Source: an uncultured virus (IMG/VR IMGVR_UViG_3300006100_001445) (taxonomy: Duplodnaviria > Heunggongvirae > Uroviricota > Caudoviricetes). From it: 64,000 nucleotides of DNA. The translations under genes were made by a program, and so were the position numbers. Positions 53,379-62,644 of this stretch are shown in pieces. The notes below the pieces were generated by a model. The model searched no databases and was not told the DNA's origin. It saw nothing but the letters and a program-made list of their open reading frames with translations. The stretch lies in the IMG/VR virus record IMGVR_UViG_3300006100_001445; one strand, 5' to 3'. Position 1 is the first letter of the stretch. Each line of letters begins with the position of its first letter.

Positions 53379-54128
53379 ATGAAAATTCTAACAAGCGGGT
53401 GCAGTTTTACACAATGCCCCGAATATCCAGGTGGTCCAAATTTATGTTGGCCAAGACAGTTGGCAGAACTGGAACCCACGTGGACCATAAACAATCTTGG
53501 CGAAGCTGGTGCCGGCAATCAATACATTTGCGACGGTGTAATACGACACATATTGACAAATCCACGTATACAATATGATTGTGTAGCTGTCATGTGGTCT
53601 GGTGTCAGTAGACTAGATTATTTAACTGGGTTGGAGGACCCGGCCTGGGAAAAGTTGTTTGACAGTTACGGATTTTATCGCAGGTTACCCGGTAATCAAT
53701 TGGGCTATATATTTTCAGGTGGCGAGATGGGAACTTGGTTTAAAAATCAAGTGGCCGAAACCATGTTTAGAGAAATGTACAAAGTCAGCACTCCGTTGAG
53801 TTTGGCCACCATCAACGTAATGGAAATGATCAAACTGCGTGGATTTCTTGAAAGCCGACATATCAAATATAAATTTATGAGTTACATAAACTATTGGGGA
53901 ACCGAAAACAATCTCAGTCGCAACGGTGACTTTGGTATAGGGCAATTTCCCGACATAGTTCAGTTGTTGCAAGATATGGACTGGAGTCGGTGGATTTTTA
54001 CCAATGATCAACGAGATGGCATTTACGAAATGGCCGTGACCAACAAAGACTTACAAGCAGATCAATTTCATCCGGCTGTTGCAACACAAAAGGCCTGGGC
54101 TGAATTGGTTAGAAAATCTTTAGACTGA
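53379..54128 (+). CDS. SGNH hydrolase-like protein
   Basis: GCSFT, GAGN, VMWSG..R, DQFHP. Confidence 0.75.
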   Translation: MKILTSGCSFTQCPEYPGGPNLCWPRQLAELEPTWTINNLGEAGAGNQYICDGVIRHILTNPRIQYDCVAVMWSGVSRLDYLTGLEDPAWEKLFDSYGFYRRLPGNQLGYIFSGGEMGTWFKNQVAETMFREMYKVSTPLSLATINVMEMIKLRGFLESRHIKYKFMSYINYWGTENNLSRNGDFGIGQFPDIVQLLQDMDWSRWIFTNDQRDGIYEMAVTNKDLQADQFHPAVATQKAWAELVRKSLD

Positions 54129-54714
54129 TATGAAACAGGTAAGAATATCTATCCTGTGTGCTGTTGTTGTAACCTTCGTGCCAGGTGTTGTGTAAGTTGG
54201 CATTGATCCAACCGCGCTCAAACTTGCTGCTGGATTCCCAGTAACGTTCTTTGGTTGTGTTGTCTCTGTAGAAAAATGTACGTTGGTCAGGATTGTCTTC
54301 GGCGCCAAACATTATCATTCCGGTGCTAATTAGACTTCTTGAATCCACGTGTCTACGACATATAAAGCCCGGACGATCCAGTACAAACATACCGCCCGAC
54401 ACAGTGATACGTTTCATATCGTCGGGATCAATGCTCCAGTAAGAATAGATTTCCCCTTCGTACAATTGATCAATCACTTGATTTTTAACCTCAGGGCTTC
54501 GGAGATAATTCAATATTGTTTTTAAACACGGGCTGGTTGGCTCCGGTCCCATTTCTAATCGGTTAGGCTGAACCGACTGCTGTGCCAAATTCCAATCAAG
54601 CGCAACCAATTCACTGTGTACTTGCTCTTGTGTGTAACCGGTATCCAAATGCACGTCCCAGGTCAGTGGATCTTTGAATAGATTACGATGTACCGGATTT
54701 ATATTAAGTTGCAT
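54109..54714 (-). CDS. 2OG-Fe(II) oxygenase-like protein
   Basis: RHVD ... TWHEG ... DRY. Confidence 0.65.
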   Translation of the reverse strand: MQLNINPVHRNLFKDPLTWDVHLDTGYTQEQVHSELVALDWNLAQQSVQPNRLEMGPEPTSPCLKTILNYLRSPEVKNQVIDQLYEGEIYSYWSIDPDDMKRITVSGGMFVLDRPGFICRRHVDSRSLISTGMIMFGAEDNPDQRTFFYRDNTTKERYWESSSKFERGWINANLHNTWHEGYNNSTQDRYSYLFHISLKIF

Positions 54715-55789
54715 TGTTGATCAATTTGGTAATTTGATTGGCAGCATACACAGTCCAATCAGTTTTCATAATCAAATTGAAATTGTGTTCCAACACATCT
54801 TGTATGCGGTTGTACACTTCAGTTTGGTCCATTGCACACAATCGCTTGACCTGCTCAAATGCCTGTGTGTAACGTTCTGTGTCGTTCTTGATCAAATCGT
54901 AACTTTCGTCAATGACCGAATCAAAGGTTCGAAATCCCAAACTGTGCAGATTGGCCAAAAATTTATATCCGGTAAAGGCCACAAATAATCTTCTAGCAAT
55001 CATGGGTTTGGCTGTTTTTTCGCTGTAGAAGCTTAGGGTATTGTCGTGGTCCGTTTCGGCAATAACGCTGTAGGCTGTGTCGTTAAACACAGAGATTGGA
55101 ATCACTCTACTCAGTCCAGTGTGTACACCGTAGTAGCGCACAGGACCAGCTGTACCTGGCTCTTGCTTGCCGACCACTTCAACACCAGGTTCCCAAATAA
55201 AATAATCGCGGGCATAGAAACTGTTGTCGTCCCATTTGCCACCATAGGTTATAATAAATTTATCTTCTAATTTGTTAGACTTGACCGAGTCGGCAACAAA
55301 AGTTCTGTGTGGTTTGGGACTGCCCAGTAATGCATCAAAGTATTTGGGTTTGGGTAACGTATAAGAAATTTGATTCAACTGTGCCGGTAACTTTTTATAC
55401 AACAACGTGGTTGTTTTGAACCAGTCTCCCCAAAAAACAATATGGCCATTCATGTCAGGAGCATCGTTGACTTGCCCGGGCACAACCCAATACACATTGT
55501 TGTGATGACATTGGTCCCACATATCCCAATGGTAATGATGCAATTCACTTTCAAAACTAAACACCAATTGGCTGATAGCACTGAGTTTGTTTACTTTGTC
55601 TTCAAATCCTTGATATGCTGTACAATTTATATCTTCGTTGCAATGTAGGCGTTGCATAGTAAATGCTATTTTTACTGGATCTGCACTGGCCGCATATTCG
55701 TCAAAACTGTGACACAAGGTGTACGAAGGCAACTGTAACTGTGGTAACCAATCCTGATCAATAATTTGACTATCGCTGAAAACTATCAT
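54704..55789 (-). CDS. glycosyltransferase-like protein (paralog family 1)
   Basis: YSVIAET..YSEKTAKPMIARRLF..LGFRTF..IDESYD. Confidence 0.6.
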   Translation of the reverse strand: MIVFSDSQIIDQDWLPQLQLPSYTLCHSFDEYAASADPVKIAFTMQRLHCNEDINCTAYQGFEDKVNKLSAISQLVFSFESELHHYHWDMWDQCHHNNVYWVVPGQVNDAPDMNGHIVFWGDWFKTTTLLYKKLPAQLNQISYTLPKPKYFDALLGSPKPHRTFVADSVKSNKLEDKFIITYGGKWDDNSFYARDYFIWEPGVEVVGKQEPGTAGPVRYYGVHTGLSRVIPISVFNDTAYSVIAETDHDNTLSFYSEKTAKPMIARRLFVAFTGYKFLANLHSLGFRTFDSVIDESYDLIKNDTERYTQAFEQVKRLCAMDQTEVYNRIQDVLEHNFNLIMKTDWTVYAANQITKLINNAT

Positions 55790-56112
55790 ACTCTAAAACT
55801 TTCACCACAACCGCAACGATCTCGTTCATTGGGATTGATAAATTCAAATCCTTCGTTGAGCCCTTGGCGTACATAATCTATTGTCATACCGTCTAGATAT
55901 ACGGTGTCTTTGAGATCCACTAGAACAACAAAATCAGGTTGAGCATAATTGATAATGCCTTCTTCTCCTTCGTATTTGTCTACATATTCCAGTGTATAGG
56001 CCATACCCGAACATCCGGTGGTTCGTACGCCCACACGAATTCCAACGCCCGAGCCGCGTTTTGACAAATTGGCTTGAATTTTTTTACGTGCTGTGTCGGT
56101 TACGGTAATCAT
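55786..56112 (-). CDS. iscA: Fe-S cluster carrier
   Basis: TTGCSGMAY, NPNERDRCGCGESF. Confidence 0.95.
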   Translation of the reverse strand: MITVTDTARKKIQANLSKRGSGVGIRVGVRTTGCSGMAYTLEYVDKYEGEEGIINYAQPDFVVLVDLKDTVYLDGMTIDYVRQGLNEGFEFINPNERDRCGCGESFRV

Positions 56113-56464
56113 TTACAGCCGCCTTGATTGCATCTTCGGCCAAGATTGAGCAGTGGATTTTGACTGGCGGAAGTGCGAGTTCTTCTGCGATTTGAGAATT
56201 TTTAATTTCCATTGCGGCATCGAGTGTTTTGCCTTTAACCCATTCTGTAACCAGCGAGCTACTTGCAATCGCGCTACCGCACCCATACGTCTTGAACTTA
56301 GCGTCTTGAATAATCCCATCTACCACCTTTATTTGAAGTTTCATTACATCACCACAGGCCGGTGCACCGACCATACCGGTACCCACGTTGGTATCGTCTT
56401 TGGCAAACGAACCCACGTTGCGCGGATTTTCATAGTGGTCAATTACTTTGTCACTGTAGGCCAT
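56084..56464 (-). CDS. iscU: Fe-S cluster scaffold
   Basis: DHYENPRNVG, GAPACGD, YGCGSAIASSS, LPPVKIHCS. Confidence 0.97.
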   Translation of the reverse strand: MAYSDKVIDHYENPRNVGSFAKDDTNVGTGMVGAPACGDVMKLQIKVVDGIIQDAKFKTYGCGSAIASSSLVTEWVKGKTLDAAMEIKNSQIAEELALPPVKIHCSILAEDAIKAAVNDYRNRHST

Positions 56465-56465
56465 A

Positions 56466-56627
56466 TTATTTTCCTGTTGGGGACTTGGGTGGCTGTGGTG
56501 GTTTGGGTGCCTGTGGTGCTGGCGCCGGTGCAACTGGTTTTTTAAAGCTGTCTACCAACTGTTGTAAACCGGCAGCTTGAACAGAGCCGGCTGTTAATAA
56601 TACAAAAATAAAATATATCTTTTTCAT
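56466..56627 (-). CDS. 53-aa secreted Pro-rich peptide
   Basis: MKKIYFIFVLLTAGSVQA signal peptide, PAPAPQAPKPPQPP; TGATG coupling; not in the track. Confidence 0.6.
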   Translation of the reverse strand: MKKIYFIFVLLTAGSVQAAGLQQLVDSFKKPVAPAPAPQAPKPPQPPKSPTGK

Positions 56628-56932
56628 CAGTTAGGTACCAATACTGTTTTATAACAATTACACGTGCCGTCTAGCAAGGCTTCCCAATGGTATCCAGCCG
56701 GTGCTGGGTATACTGGTTGTGCTGGTGGATAAGTCTGCTGTATGTAAACTGGTTGCTGTTGAATAATCACTGGAGGACGTGTGGCTTCGTACACAATCAA
56801 TCCGCCTACCACAGCCGGTGCTACCCAACCATAACCAGGATGATAGTAATAGCGGCCACCACCGTGATGCCAGTATTCGGCGTGTGCCAATGTGGAACAC
56901 ATCAACAGTATCAACAAAACGAGTTTTTTCAT
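56627..56932 (-). CDS. secreted Gly/Tyr/Pro-rich protein
   Basis: Signal peptide AHA; WVAPAVVGG; C-terminal CNC. Confidence 0.7.
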   Translation of the reverse strand: MKKLVLLILLMCSTLAHAEYWHHGGGRYYYHPGYGWVAPAVVGGLIVYEATRPPVIIQQQPVYIQQTYPPAQPVYPAPAGYHWEALLDGTCNCYKTVLVPN

Positions 56933-57005
56933 GATAGACTCCTTTACACTAGTAAACTAGTATACAGTATTTACACCTTTTTGGTCAACAAATTTGGTAG
57001 GCTTA

Positions 57006-57431
57006 TTACTTAGAAGCGGCACGATTGGCCATTTTGGAAACAATTTTGCTGGGATCACCGGCTGGGGCGCCTTGGGCACCAAGTGGATCTTCTGGGTCAA
57101 CTGTGTTTTCTGGCAAAGACAAATAGATATATTTGGAGCCAGATTTGTCATCATCTTTGATGTCTTTGATTAGACTTTTTACAGTATCGTTATGATCGTG
57201 TGCAGCTTCCAAGGCAGCATAATTAAATGCTTCGTTGCCGGGTATATCGCGTACACGATCGATTACTGTATCAACTTTGACACGTGGAGTTACTGCACCG
57301 CTGGTTTGCGCTTCATTGCGAAGCCATTCAAGTGTTGTGATTAAAGCTGAATCACCGCGGCTATCAGCTTCGTCCTCAATTACTTCGTCTACTATGTCTA
57401 GAGACTCAAGAACAATTTCACGAATTTTCAT
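57006..57431 (-). CDS. acidic protein, possible head protein
   Basis: MKIREIVLE start. Confidence 0.65.
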   Translation of the reverse strand: MKIREIVLESLDIVDEVIEDEADSRGDSALITTLEWLRNEAQTSGAVTPRVKVDTVIDRVRDIPGNEAFNYAALEAAHDHNDTVKSLIKDIKDDDKSGSKYIYLSLPENTVDPEDPLGAQGAPAGDPSKIVSKMANRAASK

Positions 57432-58138
57432 TAACGACGCTCGCGGCCTAATTCTTCTTCACCACCAACTGCGGCATCAGTAGCATCAAACCCATCAGCG
57501 CCATCAGCATCTAAATCGCTTTCTGGTTCTGGACCAAGATCAGCACCGGCGTCTGCAGGAGCACCTGCATCTAATCCAGTGTCACCGCCCATGCCCATAT
57601 CCATTGGCTGTTCAACTTGTTCGCCGGCTAGGCCACGAACTGCTGTGTCAGCTTGGTCACGACCTGTGCTGACTGCTTGGTATAAACTTGTTAGTAAAGG
57701 AGCCATTGCACCTTTGAATTGTTCTGCTTGCTCGCTGCCGATTTGGTCACGAATTGTATCTACCAGGGCTGGCATCTGTTCGTTTTGCATCTTGGATACT
57801 TTTTCCAACATATCTTGCACAGAGTCAACCATATCTTTGGCAGCCAATACTGCTTCGCTCTTGCCCATTTCACTTTCAAACAAACCTTGTTCGCTAGTTA
57901 GCCATTTGTTCAGGCCTTCTTTGACCAACATAAGTTCTATGTACTTTGGATTCTTTTCAGCGGTGTGTGCGCCAAAAGAACGTTTGATTGATTGAATGTT
58001 TTCACCCAGTGCTTTGGCCAAACGCTGTGCCTTGGCATAAGTTAAATTGTCATAGTCAATAGAAAAACCAAAGCGGCTTTCCATAACTTTGTTAATTTTT
58101 TGTGGTGTTACTTCGGTACGCATTTCAGAGAGTCTCAT
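57431..58138 (-). CDS. prohead core/scaffold-like protein
   Basis: MRLSEM start, helical body, acidic tail ending LGRERR. Confidence 0.55.
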   Translation of the reverse strand: MRLSEMRTEVTPQKINKVMESRFGFSIDYDNLTYAKAQRLAKALGENIQSIKRSFGAHTAEKNPKYIELMLVKEGLNKWLTSEQGLFESEMGKSEAVLAAKDMVDSVQDMLEKVSKMQNEQMPALVDTIRDQIGSEQAEQFKGAMAPLLTSLYQAVSTGRDQADTAVRGLAGEQVEQPMDMGMGGDTGLDAGAPADAGADLGPEPESDLDADGADGFDATDAAVGGEEELGRERR

Positions 58139-58143
58139 TTTGT

Positions 58144-58677
58144 TTATTCCCAAACTTTGTAGTATTTAGCTATATTATGTATTTTTGTCATCCTGTCCCG
58201 AGCAAGATTTAGCCGAGTTTCAGCCATTTCTAACCTGGGAAGACGGGTATCTACTGTTACATAATCTTGTTGTTTTTTTGCCTTTTCAATAATATTACGT
58301 AAACATAACATATCTGTATAACATTTATTTATTATTCTATCAACTGACAGTATTTCATCTGCCCTGGCATACTGTTGTTTGGTCAAGTAAATAGCGTACA
58401 AAATTGCTGAAATTTTGCTTTCAAAACGGTGCACCAGTTCTCTATTGACATCAAATAAGTCGCAAGTTTTGTTGGGATTTACAGTGAGTCTATACAGTCC
58501 CACTAGATATCCGTCTTTGACTTGCACACAAACTGGACGTGGTTCATTGCTTTGTATACGGCCTAACTCGCGAGAAGTCCAATGTTTGATATAATCTGCA
58601 GCAACGTTGGTTATTTCCTTCGGGACCGAAGTACGAGGTTTTTTAGCGTATTTTTTTTGAGTATGTGATCTTGCCAT
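58144..58677 (-). CDS. hypothetical protein
   Basis: 177 aa, operonic. Confidence 0.7.
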   Translation of the reverse strand: MARSHTQKKYAKKPRTSVPKEITNVAADYIKHWTSRELGRIQSNEPRPVCVQVKDGYLVGLYRLTVNPNKTCDLFDVNRELVHRFESKISAILYAIYLTKQQYARADEILSVDRIINKCYTDMLCLRNIIEKAKKQQDYVTVDTRLPRLEMAETRLNLARDRMTKIHNIAKYYKVWE

Positions 58678-58852
58678 TTTCATTACGACGAAGTAATATA
58701 TCTTGCGTCGTTAGTTGATTTGCTATAAGCTGTTCTCTTTCATTTAGAGAGTTTTTTAATATGCTGGGTTCGTGTTGAAAACGTCCCAATAAATCAGCTT
58801 GTTCATTATTTAAGGCAATTTGTACTTGGTTAATTAATTCTACGATTTTCAT
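58643..58852 (-). CDS. small hypothetical protein
   Basis: MKIVEL start; LNEREQLIANQL. Confidence 0.65.
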   Translation of the reverse strand: MKIVELINQVQIALNNEQADLLGRFQHEPSILKNSLNEREQLIANQLTTQDILLRRNENGKITYSKKIR

Positions 58853-59109
58853 TTTGATACGAGGTGTACCACTAAACCAAAAACACCAGCTAGTAGTGCT
58901 ACAAAAATAGCAGTACCAATTGTGATAAGAGTTTTGTTACTGTCGCTACCGACACGGCCAATGGAATCCTTGATGTCAACAATATGGGCTTCTAATTTGT
59001 CCATACGACCATCAAGATGTATTAATTTTGTCTCCAAAGCAGAGTATCGCTCCGCGCAAAGTTCTACGTGGGCTTCTAGACTCTTCTTTTCGATGTCAGT
59101 TGTAGACAT
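58849..59109 (-). CDS. coiled-coil + C-terminal TM protein (holin/XhlA-like architecture)
   Basis: SLEAHVELCAERY, coiled-coil, terminal TM. Confidence 0.65.
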   Translation of the reverse strand: MSTTDIEKKSLEAHVELCAERYSALETKLIHLDGRMDKLEAHIVDIKDSIGRVGSDSNKTLITIGTAIFVALLAGVFGLVVHLVSK

Positions 59110-59204
59110 AGTTCCTCGCTTTTTTCATGTTAAGCGATGCGTTGATTTGCCTGTGTGTGCCGTGATATGAGCCTTAATAGTTGCCTTATAGCATCTATTA
59201 GTAT

Positions 59205-59642
59205 TTATGCTACGGGATTGATTTGCCTAAAGTATATGTTTTTTATAGTGCCATATGGATAAAATATCGGCAACATAAATCGAGCAGTTTCGGCAAGTCC
59301 GGTAATGATAGGTACCTGCTCAAAATCCTGTTGCAATCCACCTATAGGTTTGCCTGGAAGGTCGTATACTCCGTTGCCTTCTACAGCCCACTGCCAGGTC
59401 CATACCTGCTGTATGCCTTCATAGAAATCACCAAAGCTCAGTCGATCCAATTCAATTTCTACCACAGTAGGCAGTTGTATATGTTGTGGTTGAGTACGCA
59501 GGCTCATACATTGTATGACTGTTTCCCAGTTGCGCTGTTGATGTCGTTCTACTGCGTCAGGATCTGAGCTGCGGACCACACCGGTAGCAGTGATGTCTAC
59601 TAGACTGTAGCCTTGAAAAAAATACAAATTAGATTCTGACAT
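59205..59642 (-). CDS. hypothetical late protein
   Basis: YSLVDITATG, QQRNWET..LRTQP; ATG 8 nt after TAAATA. Confidence 0.7.
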   Translation of the reverse strand: MSESNLYFFQGYSLVDITATGVVRSSDPDAVERHQQRNWETVIQCMSLRTQPQHIQLPTVVEIELDRLSFGDFYEGIQQVWTWQWAVEGNGVYDLPGKPIGGLQQDFEQVPIITGLAETARFMLPIFYPYGTIKNIYFRQINPVA

Positions 59643-59664
59643 AGTGCTAGTATTTATCGGCCAC

Positions 59665-59692
59665 AAAAAAAGCAATCATAAAGATTGCTTTC
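59665..59692 (-). terminator. intrinsic terminator
   Basis: AAAGCAATC-tttat-GATTGCTTTTTTT. Confidence 0.75.
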
Positions 59693-59712
59693 TTCGTTAT
59701 AGTTAAAAACTA

Positions 59713-60069
59713 TTAAGCAAACTTGATGCCACCTGCGCTTGATACAACAGCGTTAGCTGAAATTGTACGTACACGAGTTTGTTTAGTTGCATCGTTAGAA
59801 CCAGTAGCTTCTAAAAGAACGCTTAACTGAGTTGAGCTAACTTGATATGCTGTGATAGTAGAATCGATAGCGATTTGCTTTAGAATTGATTCAACGATAC
59901 CACCAGTAGCTGAGTCAGCTGCTGATAATGTGCCGATAGAAGTAATCTTTAAGCCGATTGGGTTCTTTGTTAAACCTAAACCGATAACTGTATCTAGTGT
60001 ACCATCATATGTTGCGTCAACGTTGTTAACGCCATTTGCATCACCTGCATAACGTGTCTGAATTGCCAT
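59713..60069 (-). CDS. putative abundant virion structural protein
   Basis: TAAATA, AAGGAG SD and own terminator; biased codons (GCT/ACT/GTT). Confidence 0.65.
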   Translation of the reverse strand: MAIQTRYAGDANGVNNVDATYDGTLDTVIGLGLTKNPIGLKITSIGTLSAADSATGGIVESILKQIAIDSTITAYQVSSTQLSVLLEATGSNDATKQTRVRTISANAVVSSAGGIKFA

Positions 60070-60144
60070 TTTAAATCTCCTTAATATGTGTGGTCTCAAT
60101 GGACCTATAATTATTTATGCTTTCGAACAAAAAACGGGTTGTTA

Positions 60145-61236
60145 TTAACGGGCAAATAATGCCTGGCTAAACACAGTTCTTTGTACCAATTTTACTGGGC
60201 CTTCTGGGGTACTGAATACAAATCCTTCGCCAGCTGGCTGTCCGTTTACATATTGCCCAATACCTTGTACCTGGCGTTCCAGTTGCTCGGTTAAATTGAC
60301 TTTGAACGCATAAACCGCGTTCCAAATCGCAAAAACTGCGGCCACACCGTTGATGTGCTGATACAGGTATCCGTCTTGGTTTTCACCCAACAAAAACTTG
60401 CGTAATTTTTGAGTAACATTAGCAGATTGTAACCAATCTGATAATTCTTCGTGCGTTTGCCCAGTAATCTTTTTGTTTGCATACTGTTTCAACGCAGCAC
60501 GTGCTTTGTCATCTAGGCCGGCCAAAAAGCTGTCGGCCACTGTGCTGTACTTCTTTAAGGTGCTCACTGCGGCTTTGTGCAAACGCACAGGATCATCCAA
60601 TGTAAATTTGATATTGGCACTGGGCGTCAAAATTGCTGTGGGTGCATTAAAGTCAAGCCCTTGCCCGTTCCAAGGTTGTGGTCTAGCGTGTTCGTCGGCC
60701 AGATAAGTGTGTACCACAATACCGCCTTGGCGTCCGGCTATCTGTTGACCTAGACTGCTTTTTACTGGAATATGATATTCAACCACATTGGGTTTGAACA
60801 CAAACTGGCCTTTGACTGGTCGAAGTGGTGCACTCCATAGCAGATCGCCCCAGAAGTATCCAGGTACATTGCCCACCGCTTGATCTAGACCAGGCCAAAT
60901 GTTGGCAATGCGTTGATACAAATCGTTACGATTCTTGCCGCGCTCTTGATCGTAACGTACCCAATCTTCAGGGCTGGTAACTCGACCGTGCGGCTTGTCA
61001 AACATATACTTGTCCATCACAGTCAACTGACCGTCGGCATTACGACCAAATACCAAGGCAGGAAATCCATCCCACTTGATTGTCAGGCTGCCAGGATCTT
61101 TGATTACAGATTCCATTGCACCTACCATACGTTCAGCGACTGCTGTGCCATCAAATATGGCATCTTCAGGATGTGGAGTACGTGCTGGTGCTGCTTTGAC
61201 TTCTAGCAGGACCTCATTGATAAAATTTAATTCCAT
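60145..61236 (-). CDS. DUF6267-like phage protein (nucleotidyltransferase/ligase-like motifs)
   Basis: HPED, TIKWDGFPALVFG, WGDLL, GEGFV, KLVQR..FS. Confidence 0.7.
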   Translation of the reverse strand: MELNFINEVLLEVKAAPARTPHPEDAIFDGTAVAERMVGAMESVIKDPGSLTIKWDGFPALVFGRNADGQLTVMDKYMFDKPHGRVTSPEDWVRYDQERGKNRNDLYQRIANIWPGLDQAVGNVPGYFWGDLLWSAPLRPVKGQFVFKPNVVEYHIPVKSSLGQQIAGRQGGIVVHTYLADEHARPQPWNGQGLDFNAPTAILTPSANIKFTLDDPVRLHKAAVSTLKKYSTVADSFLAGLDDKARAALKQYANKKITGQTHEELSDWLQSANVTQKLRKFLLGENQDGYLYQHINGVAAVFAIWNAVYAFKVNLTEQLERQVQGIGQYVNGQPAGEGFVFSTPEGPVKLVQRTVFSQALFAR

Positions 61237-61237
61237 T

Positions 61238-62371
61238 TTACTTTCGCAATTTGTTTTCTAAGATTGCAGCTGGATCAAAACTTTCACTGAAACCAGCGGC
61301 CTTGTCTAACATAGCTTGGAATGACTGGTGTGGAGTTTTAGTACCACCTAGGTGTACCCATTGGCCATTGTCATCAAGGCCAAACTCTCTGTTTTTGTAT
61401 TTTACAATAATAGGTTCTTGCTGTACAATTTCCATACCAGGTACCATATCGTGTTTGATATCTTTTTCATCGTGTGCATCAGGAGCCGGAGCTGCAGTTG
61501 CCGGTGCAGCTGTTGTAGCGGCCGGCGCAGGTTGTGCCGCTGGTTGTGTTGCAGGTGCAAATGGTTTACCTGTTGCAGGATCAATAATAGTTGACTGTGT
61601 TGCAGCAGGTGCCGCGGCAGTTTTGGTAGCAGGTGCCGCTGTCTTGGGTTTGTTGGCACGGTCTGCCATATAGGTACTATAGACCTGTGTAACATAATTT
61701 TGCACGTCGTTTTTGTTGCCAGGTCTTACCTTGCTGACATCTATGTTGCCAACATCAAGTCCAGGATATCTCTTACCGGCCCACGCCTGCAGTTCTTTTT
61801 GGAATGTGGCAGGATCTTTTAAGTTGGTAACAGCACCACGTTGTGCTAAAAATTTGTTTGCTGCATTGGTTTCTAATTCTAGATTCAATCCACCGGCCTG
61901 TTTTGCTTGATCAATTGCTTGACGAGTGTTGCGTGCCTGTTGATATCCTTTGACCGCACCTTGGATACCTTTGGACAATGCACCTCCCAAGTTCTTTAGG
62001 CCTTGCTTGGCTTTTTGTGCAGGTGTGTTGGCCTGATTGGCAGCCACTGCCGCTTGTTGTTTTTGCTGAATATTTTGATCAAGTTGATCTTGATATGCTG
62101 TATCAATTGGAGCAGCTGGGGCAGGTTGTGCAGCGGGAGTTGCAGGAGTGGGATTTGGGATGCCAGTCGGAACATTGTACTTTGCTGTTGTTCCGGGATT
62201 GGTAGCATAAGCACCAGGTTTCTGACTGTAATCAGGCTTTGCTGGTGCAGCTGGTTTGCGACCAGTCCACTGTGTTTGATTATCGTCGGCCGGTGGGTTG
62301 GCTGGCGCAGCAGGATTTGGAGTACCAGTATTAGTGTTAAGTGCTTCTACAATAACTTCATTAATTTTCAC
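61238..62371 (-). CDS. Pro/Ala/Gln-rich protein, possible head-internal protein
   Basis: MKINEVIVE start; low-complexity linkers. Confidence 0.7.
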   Translation of the reverse strand: MKINEVIVEALNTNTGTPNPAAPANPPADDNQTQWTGRKPAAPAKPDYSQKPGAYATNPGTTAKYNVPTGIPNPTPATPAAQPAPAAPIDTAYQDQLDQNIQQKQQAAVAANQANTPAQKAKQGLKNLGGALSKGIQGAVKGYQQARNTRQAIDQAKQAGGLNLELETNAANKFLAQRGAVTNLKDPATFQKELQAWAGKRYPGLDVGNIDVSKVRPGNKNDVQNYVTQVYSTYMADRANKPKTAAPATKTAAAPAATQSTIIDPATGKPFAPATQPAAQPAPAATTAAPATAAPAPDAHDEKDIKHDMVPGMEIVQQEPIIVKYKNREFGLDDNGQWVHLGGTKTPHQSFQAMLDKAAGFSESFDPAAILENKLRK

Positions 62372-62609
62372 GTTTCATTCTCCGTACACCACGCTTGAAT
62401 TTTTCTGGCTCTTGATTACGGATTGAATTAATTAATCTACGTTCCAACTCCCCCGCTTGTTCAGCGTCGTAATTTTCACGTATGTAGTTGATTAGATTGA
62501 TAGCACCCTGAATAACGTGGGTGGCACGGCTTTCCACAAGATTCTCACGATCTTTGTGTACTATTAGGTTATCTAATTCATCAAGAATACTACGGGCCCG
62601 CTTTTGCAA
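62361..62609 (-). CDS. conserved small phage protein
   Basis: TTG start after GGAG; RSILDEL..LERRLINSIR..KFKRG. Confidence 0.7.
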   Translation of the reverse strand: MQKRARSILDELDNLIVHKDRENLVESRATHVIQGAINLINYIRENYDAEQAGELERRLINSIRNQEPEKFKRGVRRMKREN

Positions 62610-62644
62610 GATTTCAGCTCCAGTTTAGTATTATTTATTGAAGT

